DNA of 64,000 nt from contig JAXGYV010000006.1 of NCBI GenBank assembly GCA_040772045.1, forward strand, positions 8,260 to 72,259, in the 5' to 3' direction. Positions within the stretch are counted from its first letter, which is position 1; each line of letters starts with the position of its first letter. The position numbers and the translations under genes are program-made. The notes under the pieces were generated by a model. It searched no databases, was not told the origin of the DNA, and saw only the letters and a list, made by a program, of their open reading frames with translations. Source of the stretch: Thermoleophilia bacterium (GTDB lineage: Bacteria; Actinomycetota; Thermoleophilia; UBA2241). Below, in pieces: positions 1 through 9,355 of the stretch.

Positions 1-545
1 AGAGGGTCTCCGTCGAGGTGCCCGCCGGTGACGAGCACGCTGGCGGCGCCCATCTCGTGAAGGCGTCGTGCCGCCCGTTCCATGCCCTCCACGTCGCGAA
101 CCCCCGAGCCTGTGAGCTCTGCCGCCTCCGCCAGGTTGGGGGTTACCACTCGCGCCAGGGGCAGTAGCTCTGTGCACAAGGGTTGCATCGCGTCTTCGGC
201 CAACAGGCGCGTCCCTGACGTGGAACGCATCACTGGGTCCAACACGAGGGTGGGGACGCGCGCACCGCGAACGGCGGCCGCCACCGCGCGGACGGTGTCC
301 GCGCGGGCCAGCATGCCAGTCTTGATCGCGTTTACCGGCCCGTCGGCGAAGACCGCCTCGAGCTGTCGTGCCACCAAGGCGGCGGGCACCGGCTCCACCG
401 CGCACACCTCCCCCGCTGTCTGCGCGGTGAGAGCCGTGATAACGCTGGCGCCGAAGGCGCCCAGGAGAGTGATCACTCTGAGGTCGCCCTGGATGCCGGC
501 TCCGCCGCTGGAGTCGGACCCGGCGATGGTGAGGATCCGCCTCAT
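1..545 (-). CDS. thiD: Hydroxymethylpyrimidine/phosphomethylpyrimidine kinase (truncated by window edge)
   Basis: Manual translation from ATG 545 gives MRRILTIAGSDSSGGAGIQGDL...TALTAQT...IKTGML...VLDPVM. The start overlaps the thi4 stop (ATGA). Absent from the ORF track because it runs off the window. Confidence 0.93.
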   Translation of the reverse strand, partial: MRRILTIAGSDSSGGAGIQGDLRVITLLGAFGASVITALTAQTAGEVCAVEPVPAALVARQLEAVFADGPVNAIKTGMLARADTVRAVAAAVRGARVPTLVLDPVMRSTSGTRLLAEDAMQPLCTELLPLARVVTPNLAEAAELTGSGVRDVEGMERAARRLHEMGAASVLVTGGHLDGDP

Positions 546-1321
546 GACGCCTGAGCGAGCCGTTCGAGGATCAGGGTGGCCACCTTTTCACCCGAGAGCA
601 GCATGCCGCCGAAGATGGGCCCCATGCGGCAGGCGCCGAAAGTGGCGTTGGCGCACATCCCGGCGACGTAGACGCCCGGGTACACCTCTCTCGTGTTCAG
701 CAGCGTCGCGCTCTCGGCACGGTCCGCCCAGAGCGGGCCCTGTCCTTCGACTTGGCCGCTCGGTGTACACAGCCGCCAGCCCTGGCGGGCGAGCAGGTGG
801 ATCACGCTGGCGTCGTGGCCGGTGGCGTCGACGATGAAGCGCGCCTTTACGGAGAGGGGATCCACGTGCAGGCCGCCCATCTCCACGGCTGTCCAGTTGA
901 CCACCAGGCCCGTGACGTGAGCCTCCTCCATCGCCACGTCTTCGACGCTCACCAGATTGACGATGCGCGCGCCAGCCTGAGCGGCGCGGGAACAGATCGT
1001 GCTCACCGCCTCGACGGCATCCGCGGTGTAGTAGGAGCTTTCGTAGTGGCGCGCGTGGACGCCGAGCTCGTCGAGGATCCTCTTCGCCTCTTCCTGCACG
1101 ACGATCTCGTTGAACATCATGCCGCCGCCCCACATGCCTCCGCCCACGCTGAGTTTGCGTTCGAACAGGGTCACCGAACAGCCGCCTCGGGCGAGGTAGT
1201 AGGCGGCTACCAGGCCCGCCGGTCCGGCGCCCACGATGACCACGTCTTGACTGAGGCAGGAGAGGAGCTTCTCCGTGTATCGCTCGATGATCGCCCGGGA
1301 GATGACGTGCTCATCCAACAT
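542..1321 (-). CDS. thi4: Sulfide-dependent adenosine diphosphate thiazole synthase (non-Cys Thi4)
   Basis: GAGPAG FAD/NAD motif, GGGMWGGG, LHVDP, DATGHDA and RMGPIFGGMLLSG. Start set at ATG 1321 after an AAGGAGG RBS. Confidence 0.93.
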   Translation of the reverse strand: MLDEHVISRAIIERYTEKLLSCLSQDVVIVGAGPAGLVAAYYLARGGCSVTLFERKLSVGGGMWGGGMMFNEIVVQEEAKRILDELGVHARHYESSYYTADAVEAVSTICSRAAQAGARIVNLVSVEDVAMEEAHVTGLVVNWTAVEMGGLHVDPLSVKARFIVDATGHDASVIHLLARQGWRLCTPSGQVEGQGPLWADRAESATLLNTREVYPGVYVAGMCANATFGACRMGPIFGGMLLSGEKVATLILERLAQAS

Positions 1322-1451
1322 GGCCTTGGCCTCCTTGCTCGGCGGTACAACCAGGTGAGCCAGGAGAACCGTTGGCTTCCGATGAGGGGTCAAGAAGGCC
1401 ACGCGGTTAAGGCGAAGAGCCTTGAACCTTGGCCGAAGGGAGGAAATGAGA

Positions 1452-1538
1452 CTGCTTCCCTACGACGGCATTACCCGCATCAGGTTCAAAGGGTCGGGCA
1501 AACACGCCCTCTCAGCCGGAAACCGGCCCCCCTAGCTA
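1452..1538 (-). ncRNA. TPP (thi-box) riboswitch
   Basis: Minus strand reads CTAGGGGGGCC...GGCTGAGAG...GACCCTTTGAACCTGATGCGGGTAATGCCGTCGTAGGGAAGC, matching the canonical TPP aptamer, directly upstream of thi4-thiD. Confidence 0.93.
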
Positions 1539-1624
1539 GATATCGAGAGGAAGCTTAGCACGCACTACCCGTGGGCGTAAAGGGCGCCGTGGAGATGGGC
1601 TGATCGCGATCTCGGTGGACAGCT

Positions 1625-2950
1625 CTACCGGGTCTTCTCCCACTTCTGGAGATACGCTACTTCACTGAGCGTCTTGCCGCCATCGATCTCGCCGCGCAGC
1701 CGATTCTCCTTCTCCAGTACGTCCATAGCCCGGTTGGCAAGCTCCACGGCCTGCTCCTTAGGCAGGGCCATGACGCCGTCGTTGTCGCCGACGACCCAGT
1801 CCCCCGGCCGTACGGCCTGGCCGGCGATCGTGATCGGGACGTTGATCTCGCCGAAGCCCTTGGGCTCTCCCGCGTTGGCGCACACCAGGGTGGAGAACGC
1901 TGGGAACCCGAGGCGGGCGATCTCCGGCGTATCGCGTACGGCGCCCCATACTACGAGTCCGGCTAAACCCTTCACCAGCGCGCTGTGGGTCGCCAGCTCG
2001 CCCCAGATCGCCGGAGAGGAGTTGGCGGCGTCGATGACGAGCACGTCGCCGGGCCGGCAGACGTCGATGGCCTCCACGGGCTTGGCCCAGTCGCCCGGGT
2101 AGGTACGTACCGTGACGGCCGGCCCACACATGTGCGCGCTTGGCAGGAGAGGCCGCAGGCCGGGGAGACTGGGTTGCCGGTGCCAGGCATCGGAGATATT
2201 GGCGGTGGAGACCAGCTCGAGGACGCCGCGCACGGTGTCTTCGGTGGCGCGCTTGTACAGAGTGGTCTCGATGCATACCTCGTCGTCGAGGGCACGGCGG
2301 ATGGTGGCCGCCGCGGCGGCGGCGTCGGCGGCCTTAATGATGGCGCCGCCGACGACGACGATCGCGGCGCCAGCCCGCGCCGCCGCCGCCGCCGTCTCCG
2401 AGTTGATGCCGCCGGCGACCGACACCGGGATGGTGACGGCGGCGGCCACGGCGCGGAGCGTGTCGAGTGGCGCCTCGCCGCGCATCTGCTGGTCGATGGC
2501 CGTGTGGATGCCGATGAAGTCGGCGCCTAGCTCCTCCGCGCGGCGTGCCCGCTGGACCGGATCGGCGACCTCGATCATATCGACGATGAGCTTGCAGCCG
2601 TAGTTACGTGCCGCCTCGGCGCACTCGCGAATGGTCGAGTCGGAGGCCGCGCCGAGCACGCCGACCACACCGGCGCCGGCCTTGGCCGCGTACTCGACCT
2701 CGGTGCGGCCGGCGTCCATCGTCTTCATGTCGGCCACGATGGTCTGGTCGGGGAACGCCGCCCTCAGCTCCCGGATCGCCCGCAGGCCCTCCGACTTAAT
2801 CAGCGGAGTGCCGGCCTCGATCCAATCGGCGCCACCGGTGACTGCTTCGCGTGCCACCGAGACGGCTCGAGGGAGATCGACGAAGTCGAGGGCGACTTGC
2901 AGGATGGGTCGTTCGCTCGGCGTGCAGCCGGGCTGCGGGGCGCCAGTCAC
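1625..2950 (-). CDS. 3-hexulose-6-phosphate synthase fused to an RraA/HMG-aldolase-family domain
   Basis: N-terminal LQVALD, IEAGTPLIKSEG and VADMKTMDAG (HPS/KGPDC fold). C-terminal STANISDA, GPAVTV, AIWGELA and GAVRD (RraA family). Start GTG 2950 is inferred. Confidence 0.88.
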   Translation of the reverse strand: MTGAPQPGCTPSERPILQVALDFVDLPRAVSVAREAVTGGADWIEAGTPLIKSEGLRAIRELRAAFPDQTIVADMKTMDAGRTEVEYAAKAGAGVVGVLGAASDSTIRECAEAARNYGCKLIVDMIEVADPVQRARRAEELGADFIGIHTAIDQQMRGEAPLDTLRAVAAAVTIPVSVAGGINSETAAAAARAGAAIVVVGGAIIKAADAAAAAATIRRALDDEVCIETTLYKRATEDTVRGVLELVSTANISDAWHRQPSLPGLRPLLPSAHMCGPAVTVRTYPGDWAKPVEAIDVCRPGDVLVIDAANSSPAIWGELATHSALVKGLAGLVVWGAVRDTPEIARLGFPAFSTLVCANAGEPKGFGEINVPITIAGQAVRPGDWVVGDNDGVMALPKEQAVELANRAMDVLEKENRLRGEIDGGKTLSEVAYLQKWEKTR

Positions 2951-2957
2951 GGCAGCC

Positions 2958-3437
2958 TCACACGCCCAGCATCTGCACAACCAGGCGGCGTTCGCGCGGG
3001 CGTGCGTCGAAGTCGACGAAGACGATCTCTTGCCAGCGGCCGAGCGTCATCACTCCATCCACGAAGGGAATCGTCAGCGACGGGCCGAGTAATCCGGCGC
3101 GCACGTGGGAGTGCCCGTTGCCGTCGCCGAGGTTCACATTGTGCTGGTAGTGCTTCCCAGGTGGCACGATGGTGTCGAACAGCTCCTGCACGTCGGCTAC
3201 CACACCCGGTTCGAACTCGATCGTCGTCACGGCGCCGGTGGCGCCGGGAGCGAATACGGTGAGTGTGCCATCGAGGAGTCCCGTGTGCGCCAGGGCGGCC
3301 TTCACCTGGTCGGTGATGCGCGCGATGTGGGCGTTACCGGGTGTCGCGAGCTCGATGTGCTCGGTGACCACGCGGACAAGCCCCTCACGCTGTCGTGTGC
3401 GCGGCGCGCAGTCGGTGTTTACAGTCTCGTGCTTCAT
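2958..3437 (-). CDS. yjbQ: YjbQ/UPF0047 family (secondary thiamine-phosphate synthase)
   Basis: GATGAVTTIEFEPG, YQHN..GDGNGHSHVRA and LGRWQEIVFVDFD.RPRER. True start may be about 60 nt further in. Confidence 0.88.
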   Translation of the reverse strand: MKHETVNTDCAPRTRQREGLVRVVTEHIELATPGNAHIARITDQVKAALAHTGLLDGTLTVFAPGATGAVTTIEFEPGVVADVQELFDTIVPPGKHYQHNVNLGDGNGHSHVRAGLLGPSLTIPFVDGVMTLGRWQEIVFVDFDARPRERRLVVQMLGV

Positions 3438-4318
3438 TCTCGATCCTCCGCTTCGTCTGCGGTCGCACGGTGTTCGCCCTCGACGGGCACGTTGTCTATG
3501 AGACGCACAGTACCGAGGCGCGCCGCGGCGACCAGGAGGCAGCCCCGGCGCGGTTCGGAGATCTGCGCGAAACTCTCGGGGTCCACGACGCTGGCGTACT
3601 CGAGCGCCAGGGTAGGACCGTCGCTGCCCGCGGCAAGCTCTGCCGCGACGATGCGGCGGACCTGAGCGCCGCTGGACCCATTGGCCGCCGCGGCCGCTCC
3701 CAACTCCAGAGCGTGGTGGAAGCGGGGCGCGAGCGCGCGCTGCTGCTCGCTCAGGTAGGCATTGCGCGAGCTCATGGCGAGGCCGTCGGCTTCACGATGG
3801 ATCGGCAAGCCGACTACCCGTACTGGAATGTCGAGGTCGGCGACCATGCGCCGTACTACGGCCAGCTGTTGGGCGTCTTTCTGGCCGAGGAACAGCAGGT
3901 CGGGTTGGAGGATCATCAGAAGCTTGGCTACCACGGTGGCTACACCGTCGAAATGGCCGGGCCGGCTGGCGCCCTCGAACGTGTCGGTGAGCGGACCGGT
4001 GACGCGAATCGTGGTGGCGGCGCCTTCGCGGTACATCTCTGTGGCCGTCGGCACGAAAGTGATCGCTGTACCAGCCTCCTCGAGCAAGCGGAGGTCGCGT
4101 GCCTCGTCGCGAGGATAGCGGTCGTAGTCCTCGTGCGGGCCGAACTGCAGTGGATTGACGAAGATGGAGGCCGCCACGGCGGCACAGGCGGCGTCCGCAG
4201 CCTCGACAAGTGAGAGGTGGCCGGCGTGCAGTGCGCCCATAGTAGGTACCAGTCCAAGCGGGCGCGGTAGCTCGGCGACCGCCGCCCTGGCTTCCGCGAT
4301 TGTCCGGCAGACTCTCAT
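3434..4318 (-). CDS. panC: Pantoate--beta-alanine ligase
   Basis: VPTMGALHAGHLSL, SIFVNPLQF, RPGHFDGV, GQKDAQQ, GLAMSSRN and RLIDN. Confidence 0.97.
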   Translation of the reverse strand: MRVCRTIAEARAAVAELPRPLGLVPTMGALHAGHLSLVEAADAACAAVAASIFVNPLQFGPHEDYDRYPRDEARDLRLLEEAGTAITFVPTATEMYREGAATTIRVTGPLTDTFEGASRPGHFDGVATVVAKLLMILQPDLLFLGQKDAQQLAVVRRMVADLDIPVRVVGLPIHREADGLAMSSRNAYLSEQQRALAPRFHHALELGAAAAANGSSGAQVRRIVAAELAAGSDGPTLALEYASVVDPESFAQISEPRRGCLLVAAARLGTVRLIDNVPVEGEHRATADEAEDRE

Positions 4319-5256
4319 GTGATCTCTGGGCCTGGCGCGGTGAGGTGATCGGGGGAGCTGTCCAGGATGCGCCGGAGTGTCTGGACGGCCTCGTTGTCCA
4401 GGCGCGGCGCGGCGAGCGACAGCGCTTGGAGGGACAGTGCCCGGTAGGTGAGCTGAACGCGAGCCGGTTGCCGCTCGAGGAGCGAGAGATGCGCGCGAAC
4501 CGTACCCACATCGCCCCGGGCGACGGGGCCGGTGAGAGCAGCTTGGGGCCCGCGCTCGACGATGTTGCGCAAACTCGTCGTCAGCAAGGGGCTCAGCAGC
4601 TGCACAGCCTGCTCGAGATCCGCGCTGTTCACGGCCTGCCGAAGGAGCTCGCTGGCCTGACTTTGGAGGGCGACGAACAGGTTGCTGGCTACGGTGGCGG
4701 CGAGGTGGTAGAGGGGTTTGGCGCTCTCAGGGACCAGGAACGCTTGTCCGCCGATGATGTTGACGAGCTGCTCGCCGAGCTGTCGCGCCGTCGCGCTCAC
4801 CGCCGTGACGGCGATGGGAATTCCGTTGAGCCGCTGTGCTTCGCCCTCGCCGCCGGCGAACGTCTGCAGAGGATGCAGGCTCAGTACTTCCGCGCCGACG
4901 CGTTGCCACGGCTCCAGCGTGTTCAGGTCGCAAAGGCCGCTGCAGTGCACCACCGCCACGTGACCGCGTGACTGGGAAGCTATCGTCGCGGTCTGCCCAG
5001 CTACGGCGGCGATGGCATCGTCGGGGACGGTGAGCCAGAGCACTTTGGTCGCCGCGCCAGTAGCGAGTGTTGCGGCGACCGCCGATGTGGAGTCCAGGAA
5101 GGGTGGAGAGGTGGCTCTGTCCTCAGAGCCGGCGCACCTGACGCCTACGGCCACCACTGATTGCCCGCTGGCGTTGAGGGCCGCGAGCAGGGCTGAGCCC
5201 AGCCTACCTGGCCCGATTACGCAGTGTGCCACGATTCCTCGTTGTGAGGTCCTCAA
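4315..5256 (-). CDS. Rossmann-like + DUF2520 protein (PanG-type ketopantoate reductase)
   Basis: IGPGRLG, LTVPDDAI, VHCSG, LHPLQTF, YHLAATVASN and ALTGPVARGD; overlaps the panC start. Confidence 0.82.
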   Translation of the reverse strand: MRTSQRGIVAHCVIGPGRLGSALLAALNASGQSVVAVGVRCAGSEDRATSPPFLDSTSAVAATLATGAATKVLWLTVPDDAIAAVAGQTATIASQSRGHVAVVHCSGLCDLNTLEPWQRVGAEVLSLHPLQTFAGGEGEAQRLNGIPIAVTAVSATARQLGEQLVNIIGGQAFLVPESAKPLYHLAATVASNLFVALQSQASELLRQAVNSADLEQAVQLLSPLLTTSLRNIVERGPQAALTGPVARGDVGTVRAHLSLLERQPARVQLTYRALSLQALSLAAPRLDNEAVQTLRRILDSSPDHLTAPGPEIT

Positions 5257-5546
5257 GCCCCGGCCCTCCTGGGCTCAGGTCCGACTGGTGGAGTCGGTAC
5301 CCTGCCGGCCCTTGGCCTGACCATGCTGTGGTGAAGCACCGCGTCTCTCGCATCGCTGAGAGCGCAGCTTTCGACTCACAGTGTACCTCACCATGCGCTC
5401 TTTCATCCCCGGACATTTCGTAGCATCGTGACTGCGCCGTCTGGCCGACCGGTCGGCTGATTCCGCCGTTGGCGTTGAGCCCGCGGGATCTCTCTGCCTT
5501 GCCGCGAGGGCACGGACTGCCTCTCGCCCGGTGGTAAACTACGTCC

Positions 5547-5759
5547 ATGCCCATTTACGAGTTTGTCTGTCAGCAGTGCGACTGTGAATTCGAGGAACTG
5601 GTTCGCGAGGGCCAAGTAGTACACTGTCCGGCCTGTTCCTCCGATCATGTCAGGCGGCTGCTCTCGCGGTTCGCCGTCCATTCCTCCGGCGTTCGCAGCG
5701 CGGGGGGAGGCAAGAGCTGCTCATCCTGCTCCAGCGCTCACTGTGCAACCTGCCACTAG
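5547..5759 (+). CDS. FmdB-family zinc-ribbon protein
   Basis: MPIYEFVCQQC..EFEEL...CPACSS plus a C-terminal CxxCxxxxCxxC. Confidence 0.88.
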   Translation: MPIYEFVCQQCDCEFEELVREGQVVHCPACSSDHVRRLLSRFAVHSSGVRSAGGGKSCSSCSSAHCATCH

Positions 5760-6507
5760 CCCAGAGAGAGCTGCCGCGCTCAAACACCTCTGCGCGCAAG
5801 TAGAGGTGTGCACGGGCTGCCGGTTGCACAGCACGCGGACCCGGGCGGTGTGTGGAGACGGAGACCCGGGGGCGCGGCTCATGTTCGTAGGCGAGGCACC
5901 GGGCTACCATGAAGACAAGCAAGGCCGGCCGTTCGTGGGCGCCGCCGGCAAGCTATTGGACGAGCTTCTGGCCTCGATTAACCTGCGGCGAGACCAGGTC
6001 TATATCGCTAATGTGCTGAAGTCGAGACCGCCGAACAACCGCGATCCCCAGGCCGACGAGATCGAAGCCTGTACGCCCTATCTGGTCACGCAGATCGAGA
6101 TCATCCGACCCAGGGTAATCTGCTCGCTGGGCAACTTCGCCACCAAGTTCCTCTCCGAGTCGCCGATGGGCATCTCGCGCGCACATGGGCACCCGCAGCG
6201 GCGACAGATCGGTGATCACGTCTATACGCTGTATCCGATGTACCATCCGGCGGCGGCGCTGTACACGCCCTCCATGTTGGACACGCTGCGAGCGGATTTC
6301 CAGCGTCTGCCACGCCTGCTGGAGCATTCGCAGGCAGACGCAGCACCTCTTCCCGGCCGACGCGAGGAGCAAGACTGCGCGCCGACGACGTCGCGTGGCG
6401 AAAGCCAGTCACCGTTGTCAGACGCGGAGCACGACTCTCGTCGCGACTCCGCCGCCGGTGGAGCGTTCGAACAGCTTGTGCCGGACGGGCAGCTCGGCTT
6501 GTTCTAG
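5743..6507 (+). CDS. udg: Uracil-DNA glycosylase, family 4
   Basis: CTGCRL, FVGEAPG, GRPFVGAAG, RPPNNRDP and YHPAAAL. Start GTG 5743 is inferred. Confidence 0.92.
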   Translation: MQPATSPERAAALKHLCAQVEVCTGCRLHSTRTRAVCGDGDPGARLMFVGEAPGYHEDKQGRPFVGAAGKLLDELLASINLRRDQVYIANVLKSRPPNNRDPQADEIEACTPYLVTQIEIIRPRVICSLGNFATKFLSESPMGISRAHGHPQRRQIGDHVYTLYPMYHPAAALYTPSMLDTLRADFQRLPRLLEHSQADAAPLPGRREEQDCAPTTSRGESQSPLSDAEHDSRRDSAAGGAFEQLVPDGQLGLF

Positions 6508-6509
6508 CC

Positions 6510-7022
6510 ATGATTCACGTTGCTCTGCCCTCTCCGGCTGCGACCGCGAGCTTCGGGCGTGCCTTGGCGGACTGTCTGAGTCCGCCGGCCCTCGTAACGC
6601 TCGCCGGCGAGCTTGGCACGGGAAAAACGGCGTTGGTGCGCGCTGTGTTCCGGCGATTGGGAGTGCGTGAACAGGTGGTGAGTCCCTCGTTTACCATCGC
6701 TCAGAGTTACTACGGCAACGGTGGCGTGTGCCTGCACCATCTGGACTTGTACAGACTCTCGCCGGGCGACGACGCGACGCTGTTCCCTTGGGAGGACTAC
6801 GTGGGCGCGGGGGCCATTACGTTCGTGGAGTGGCCAGAGGCGGCAGACCGCCAGTTGCCGCCCGCGGACGTCTGTATCCGGCTATACCACGAGGAGCGTC
6901 GCAGCCGCCGCGCCGAGATCTCCGCGTGCGCGAGCGTTGAGGCTGAGCTTCTCTCGCGGTTACGTGCGGCGGATCTCGACGCGCGAGCGGCTGTTTCGGC
7001 CGTACGGGGCCAGGAGGTGTAA
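6510..7022 (+). CDS. tsaE: tRNA threonylcarbamoyladenosine biosynthesis ATPase
   Basis: GELGTGKT, VVSPSF, HLDLYRL and VEWPE. Confidence 0.95.
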   Translation: MIHVALPSPAATASFGRALADCLSPPALVTLAGELGTGKTALVRAVFRRLGVREQVVSPSFTIAQSYYGNGGVCLHHLDLYRLSPGDDATLFPWEDYVGAGAITFVEWPEAADRQLPPADVCIRLYHEERRSRRAEISACASVEAELLSRLRAADLDARAAVSAVRGQEV

Positions 7023-7025
7023 CCC

Positions 7026-7778
7026 GTGATCCTCGCCTTGGAGACCGCGAGCGCCGCCTGTTCCGTTGCCGTCGGCGATCCTGACGGACGTCTGCTGGCG
7101 GAGATCACGGCGCCGCGCGGTCCGGCGCACACGCAGCGCCTGCTTCCAGATGTCCACCACGCCTTGACGATAGCCGGAGTGGACGTGGCTGAGGTACACA
7201 CCGTTGTAGTGGGTATTGGCCCCGGTACGTTCACTGGCTTGCGCATTGGCGTGGCCACCGCGCGGGCGCTGGCGCAAGCCCTCGGCGCTCGCCTTGGCGG
7301 CGTACCGACCATCGCCGCCCTGGCCCTGGCGCTGGCGGATGGCGATGCGGTCACCCGGGCGGCGTGGCTGGTACCGCTGATCGACGGCAAGCGAGGAGAG
7401 GTCTTCGCCGCCTGCTATAGCCGGACGGTGGATTTCGGCGTCTGCGAATCCGCGGCGGGCGGCATCGCATCGTGTCTCGAGGTGGTTCGTGATGTCGCCG
7501 CGGTTCCGGCGGCTCAACTCCAGGAGTTCCTGTCGGCGTGGCCAGCGGCGATCGTGGGCGGCGATGGCGCGTACCTGTATGCTCACGCGTTGCCCACCAG
7601 CGCGCATTTCGCTCGCGGGGTGGAGCACGCTACGGCGGCGATGCTGCTGCGCGCCTGGTCCCGTGGCGTACCGGGCACTGTCGAGGATGCGGATGCGGTC
7701 CTGCCTATCTACGGGCGGGCGCCAGATGCCGCACGCTGGCTCGAAAAAACCGTCGCCGCGCGGGAGGCTGGCGCGTGA
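7026..7778 (+). CDS. tsaB: tRNA threonylcarbamoyltransferase dimerization subunit
   Basis: ILALETAS, GPGTFTGLRIG and DGKRGEVF; synteny with tsaE-rimI-tsaD. Confidence 0.95.
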   Translation: MILALETASAACSVAVGDPDGRLLAEITAPRGPAHTQRLLPDVHHALTIAGVDVAEVHTVVVGIGPGTFTGLRIGVATARALAQALGARLGGVPTIAALALALADGDAVTRAAWLVPLIDGKRGEVFAACYSRTVDFGVCESAAGGIASCLEVVRDVAAVPAAQLQEFLSAWPAAIVGGDGAYLYAHALPTSAHFARGVEHATAAMLLRAWSRGVPGTVEDADAVLPIYGRAPDAARWLEKTVAAREAGA

Positions 7779-8230
7779 GTCGGGCGATCCGGCCAATGGT
7801 GCCGCGTGATCTCTCGCAGGTGTGCGCCATCGAGCGTGATGTGTACACGCACGAGTGGTCCCTGTCGCTCTTCGAGCAGGAGCTTCAGCGGGATACGTCC
7901 ATCGCTCTCGTGTGCGAAGACGATGGCAGAGTGGTTGGGTACCTGGTCGCTGACATGTTCGTGGACGTGTGGCATGTGATGAACGTGGCCGTACACTACG
8001 GTTACCGCAGGATGCACGTGGCATCTGATCTGCTGGGTGCCTATTTCGACATCACGGAACGCCGCGCGCATCGCGGGCACACCCTGGAAGTACGGGCCTC
8101 CAACCAGGCGGCGATCGATCTCTACCGAAGCTACGGTTTCGTAGGCACGGGGATACGGCCGCGCTACTACGAAGACAACAGCGAGGATGCGCTCATCATG
8201 TGGAAAGATTGGGACGGAGACACGGCGTGA
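7775..8230 (+). CDS. rimI: Ribosomal protein alanine N-acetyltransferase (GNAT)
   Basis: HVMNVAV, TLEVRASNQAAIDLY and RPRYYEDNSEDALIM. GTG start overlaps the tsaB TGA. Confidence 0.92.
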   Translation: MSRAIRPMVPRDLSQVCAIERDVYTHEWSLSLFEQELQRDTSIALVCEDDGRVVGYLVADMFVDVWHVMNVAVHYGYRRMHVASDLLGAYFDITERRAHRGHTLEVRASNQAAIDLYRSYGFVGTGIRPRYYEDNSEDALIMWKDWDGDTA

Positions 8231-9342
8231 CCGGTCTGCCCGCGAGCGGGCATGGCACGTTGCTGTGCATCGAGACTTCCTGTGACGACACGAGCGCGGC
8301 GGTAGTACGCGACGGCCGCGTCCTCTCCTCGGTGGTGAGCTCACAACACGACTTGCACGCCGCGTTCGGCGGCATTGTGCCGGAAGTGGCGTCGCGGCGG
8401 CATACCGAGTTGTTACCGGCGGTGGTAAACGAAGCCCTGCGCGAGGCGCGGGCGGACTGGCACGGCATCGCTGGTGTGGCGGTCACCGTCGGCCCTGGTC
8501 TCATCGGCGCGCTGCTCGTTGGTCTCGCGGGCGCCAAAGCCATCGCCTATGCGCGCCGACTGCCGTTGGTCCCCGTCAACCACCTTCAGGGTCACGTGGC
8601 CGCGGTCTACGCGGAAGAGCTCGCTCTGCCGTCTGGGCTGGCCCAATTGCCGGCGCCGGCGAAGCCGCCTTTCGTCTGTCTCATCGCCAGCGGTGGGCAC
8701 ACCACGGTGGTGATCGTAGAAGAGGGAGTGCGGTATCGGGTCGCGGGCCGCACCCTAGACGATGCCGCCGGTGAGGCGTTCGACAAGGGTGCCCGGTTGC
8801 TGGGCCTGCCCTACCCAGGGGGCCTGGAGCTCGATCGCCTCGCGGTTGAGGGCACCGCTGGAGCAGTCCGCTTTCCACGCGCGGTGCCGCGTGGGCCAGA
8901 CTTCAGCTTCAGTGGCCTCAAGACGGCGCTGCTGTACTACGTGCGTGAGCACAGTGAGGCCGATGTGGCGGCCCGGCGTGCCGACATCGCCGCTGGCTAC
9001 CAGGCGGCGATCGTGCGGCAGTTGGTGGACAAGACGCTGGACTGTGCGCAGCGTGAGGGGCTCAAGACTATCGCCGTAGCTGGCGGGGTCGCGGCCAACT
9101 CGGCCTTGCGACAGCGTTTGACGGCGGAGTGCGAGCGGCGGGGGATGCGTGTGCACTTGCCGCCGCTCGCGTTGTGTACCGACAATGCCGCCATGGTCGG
9201 TCTGGCCGCGGCACACCTTCCGGCGCTGGAGTGGCCTCTCTACCTCGGCTTGGATGCTTATGCAGCCGCGGCGGCCCTCGGCTCAGGCGTACCGCGTACG
9301 GTGAGCGGGTCGCGCCGGGTCGCTCGTCACGTGGTCTGCTGA
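8227..9342 (+). CDS. tsaD: tRNA N6-adenosine threonylcarbamoyltransferase
   Basis: IETSCDDT, GGIVPEVASRRH, NHLQGH, ASGGHT, DDAAGEAFDK and CTDNAAM. Confidence 0.97.
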   Translation: MTGLPASGHGTLLCIETSCDDTSAAVVRDGRVLSSVVSSQHDLHAAFGGIVPEVASRRHTELLPAVVNEALREARADWHGIAGVAVTVGPGLIGALLVGLAGAKAIAYARRLPLVPVNHLQGHVAAVYAEELALPSGLAQLPAPAKPPFVCLIASGGHTTVVIVEEGVRYRVAGRTLDDAAGEAFDKGARLLGLPYPGGLELDRLAVEGTAGAVRFPRAVPRGPDFSFSGLKTALLYYVREHSEADVAARRADIAAGYQAAIVRQLVDKTLDCAQREGLKTIAVAGGVAANSALRQRLTAECERRGMRVHLPPLALCTDNAAMVGLAAAHLPALEWPLYLGLDAYAAAAALGSGVPRTVSGSRRVARHVVC

Positions 9343-9355
9343 TAAACTATGCACT

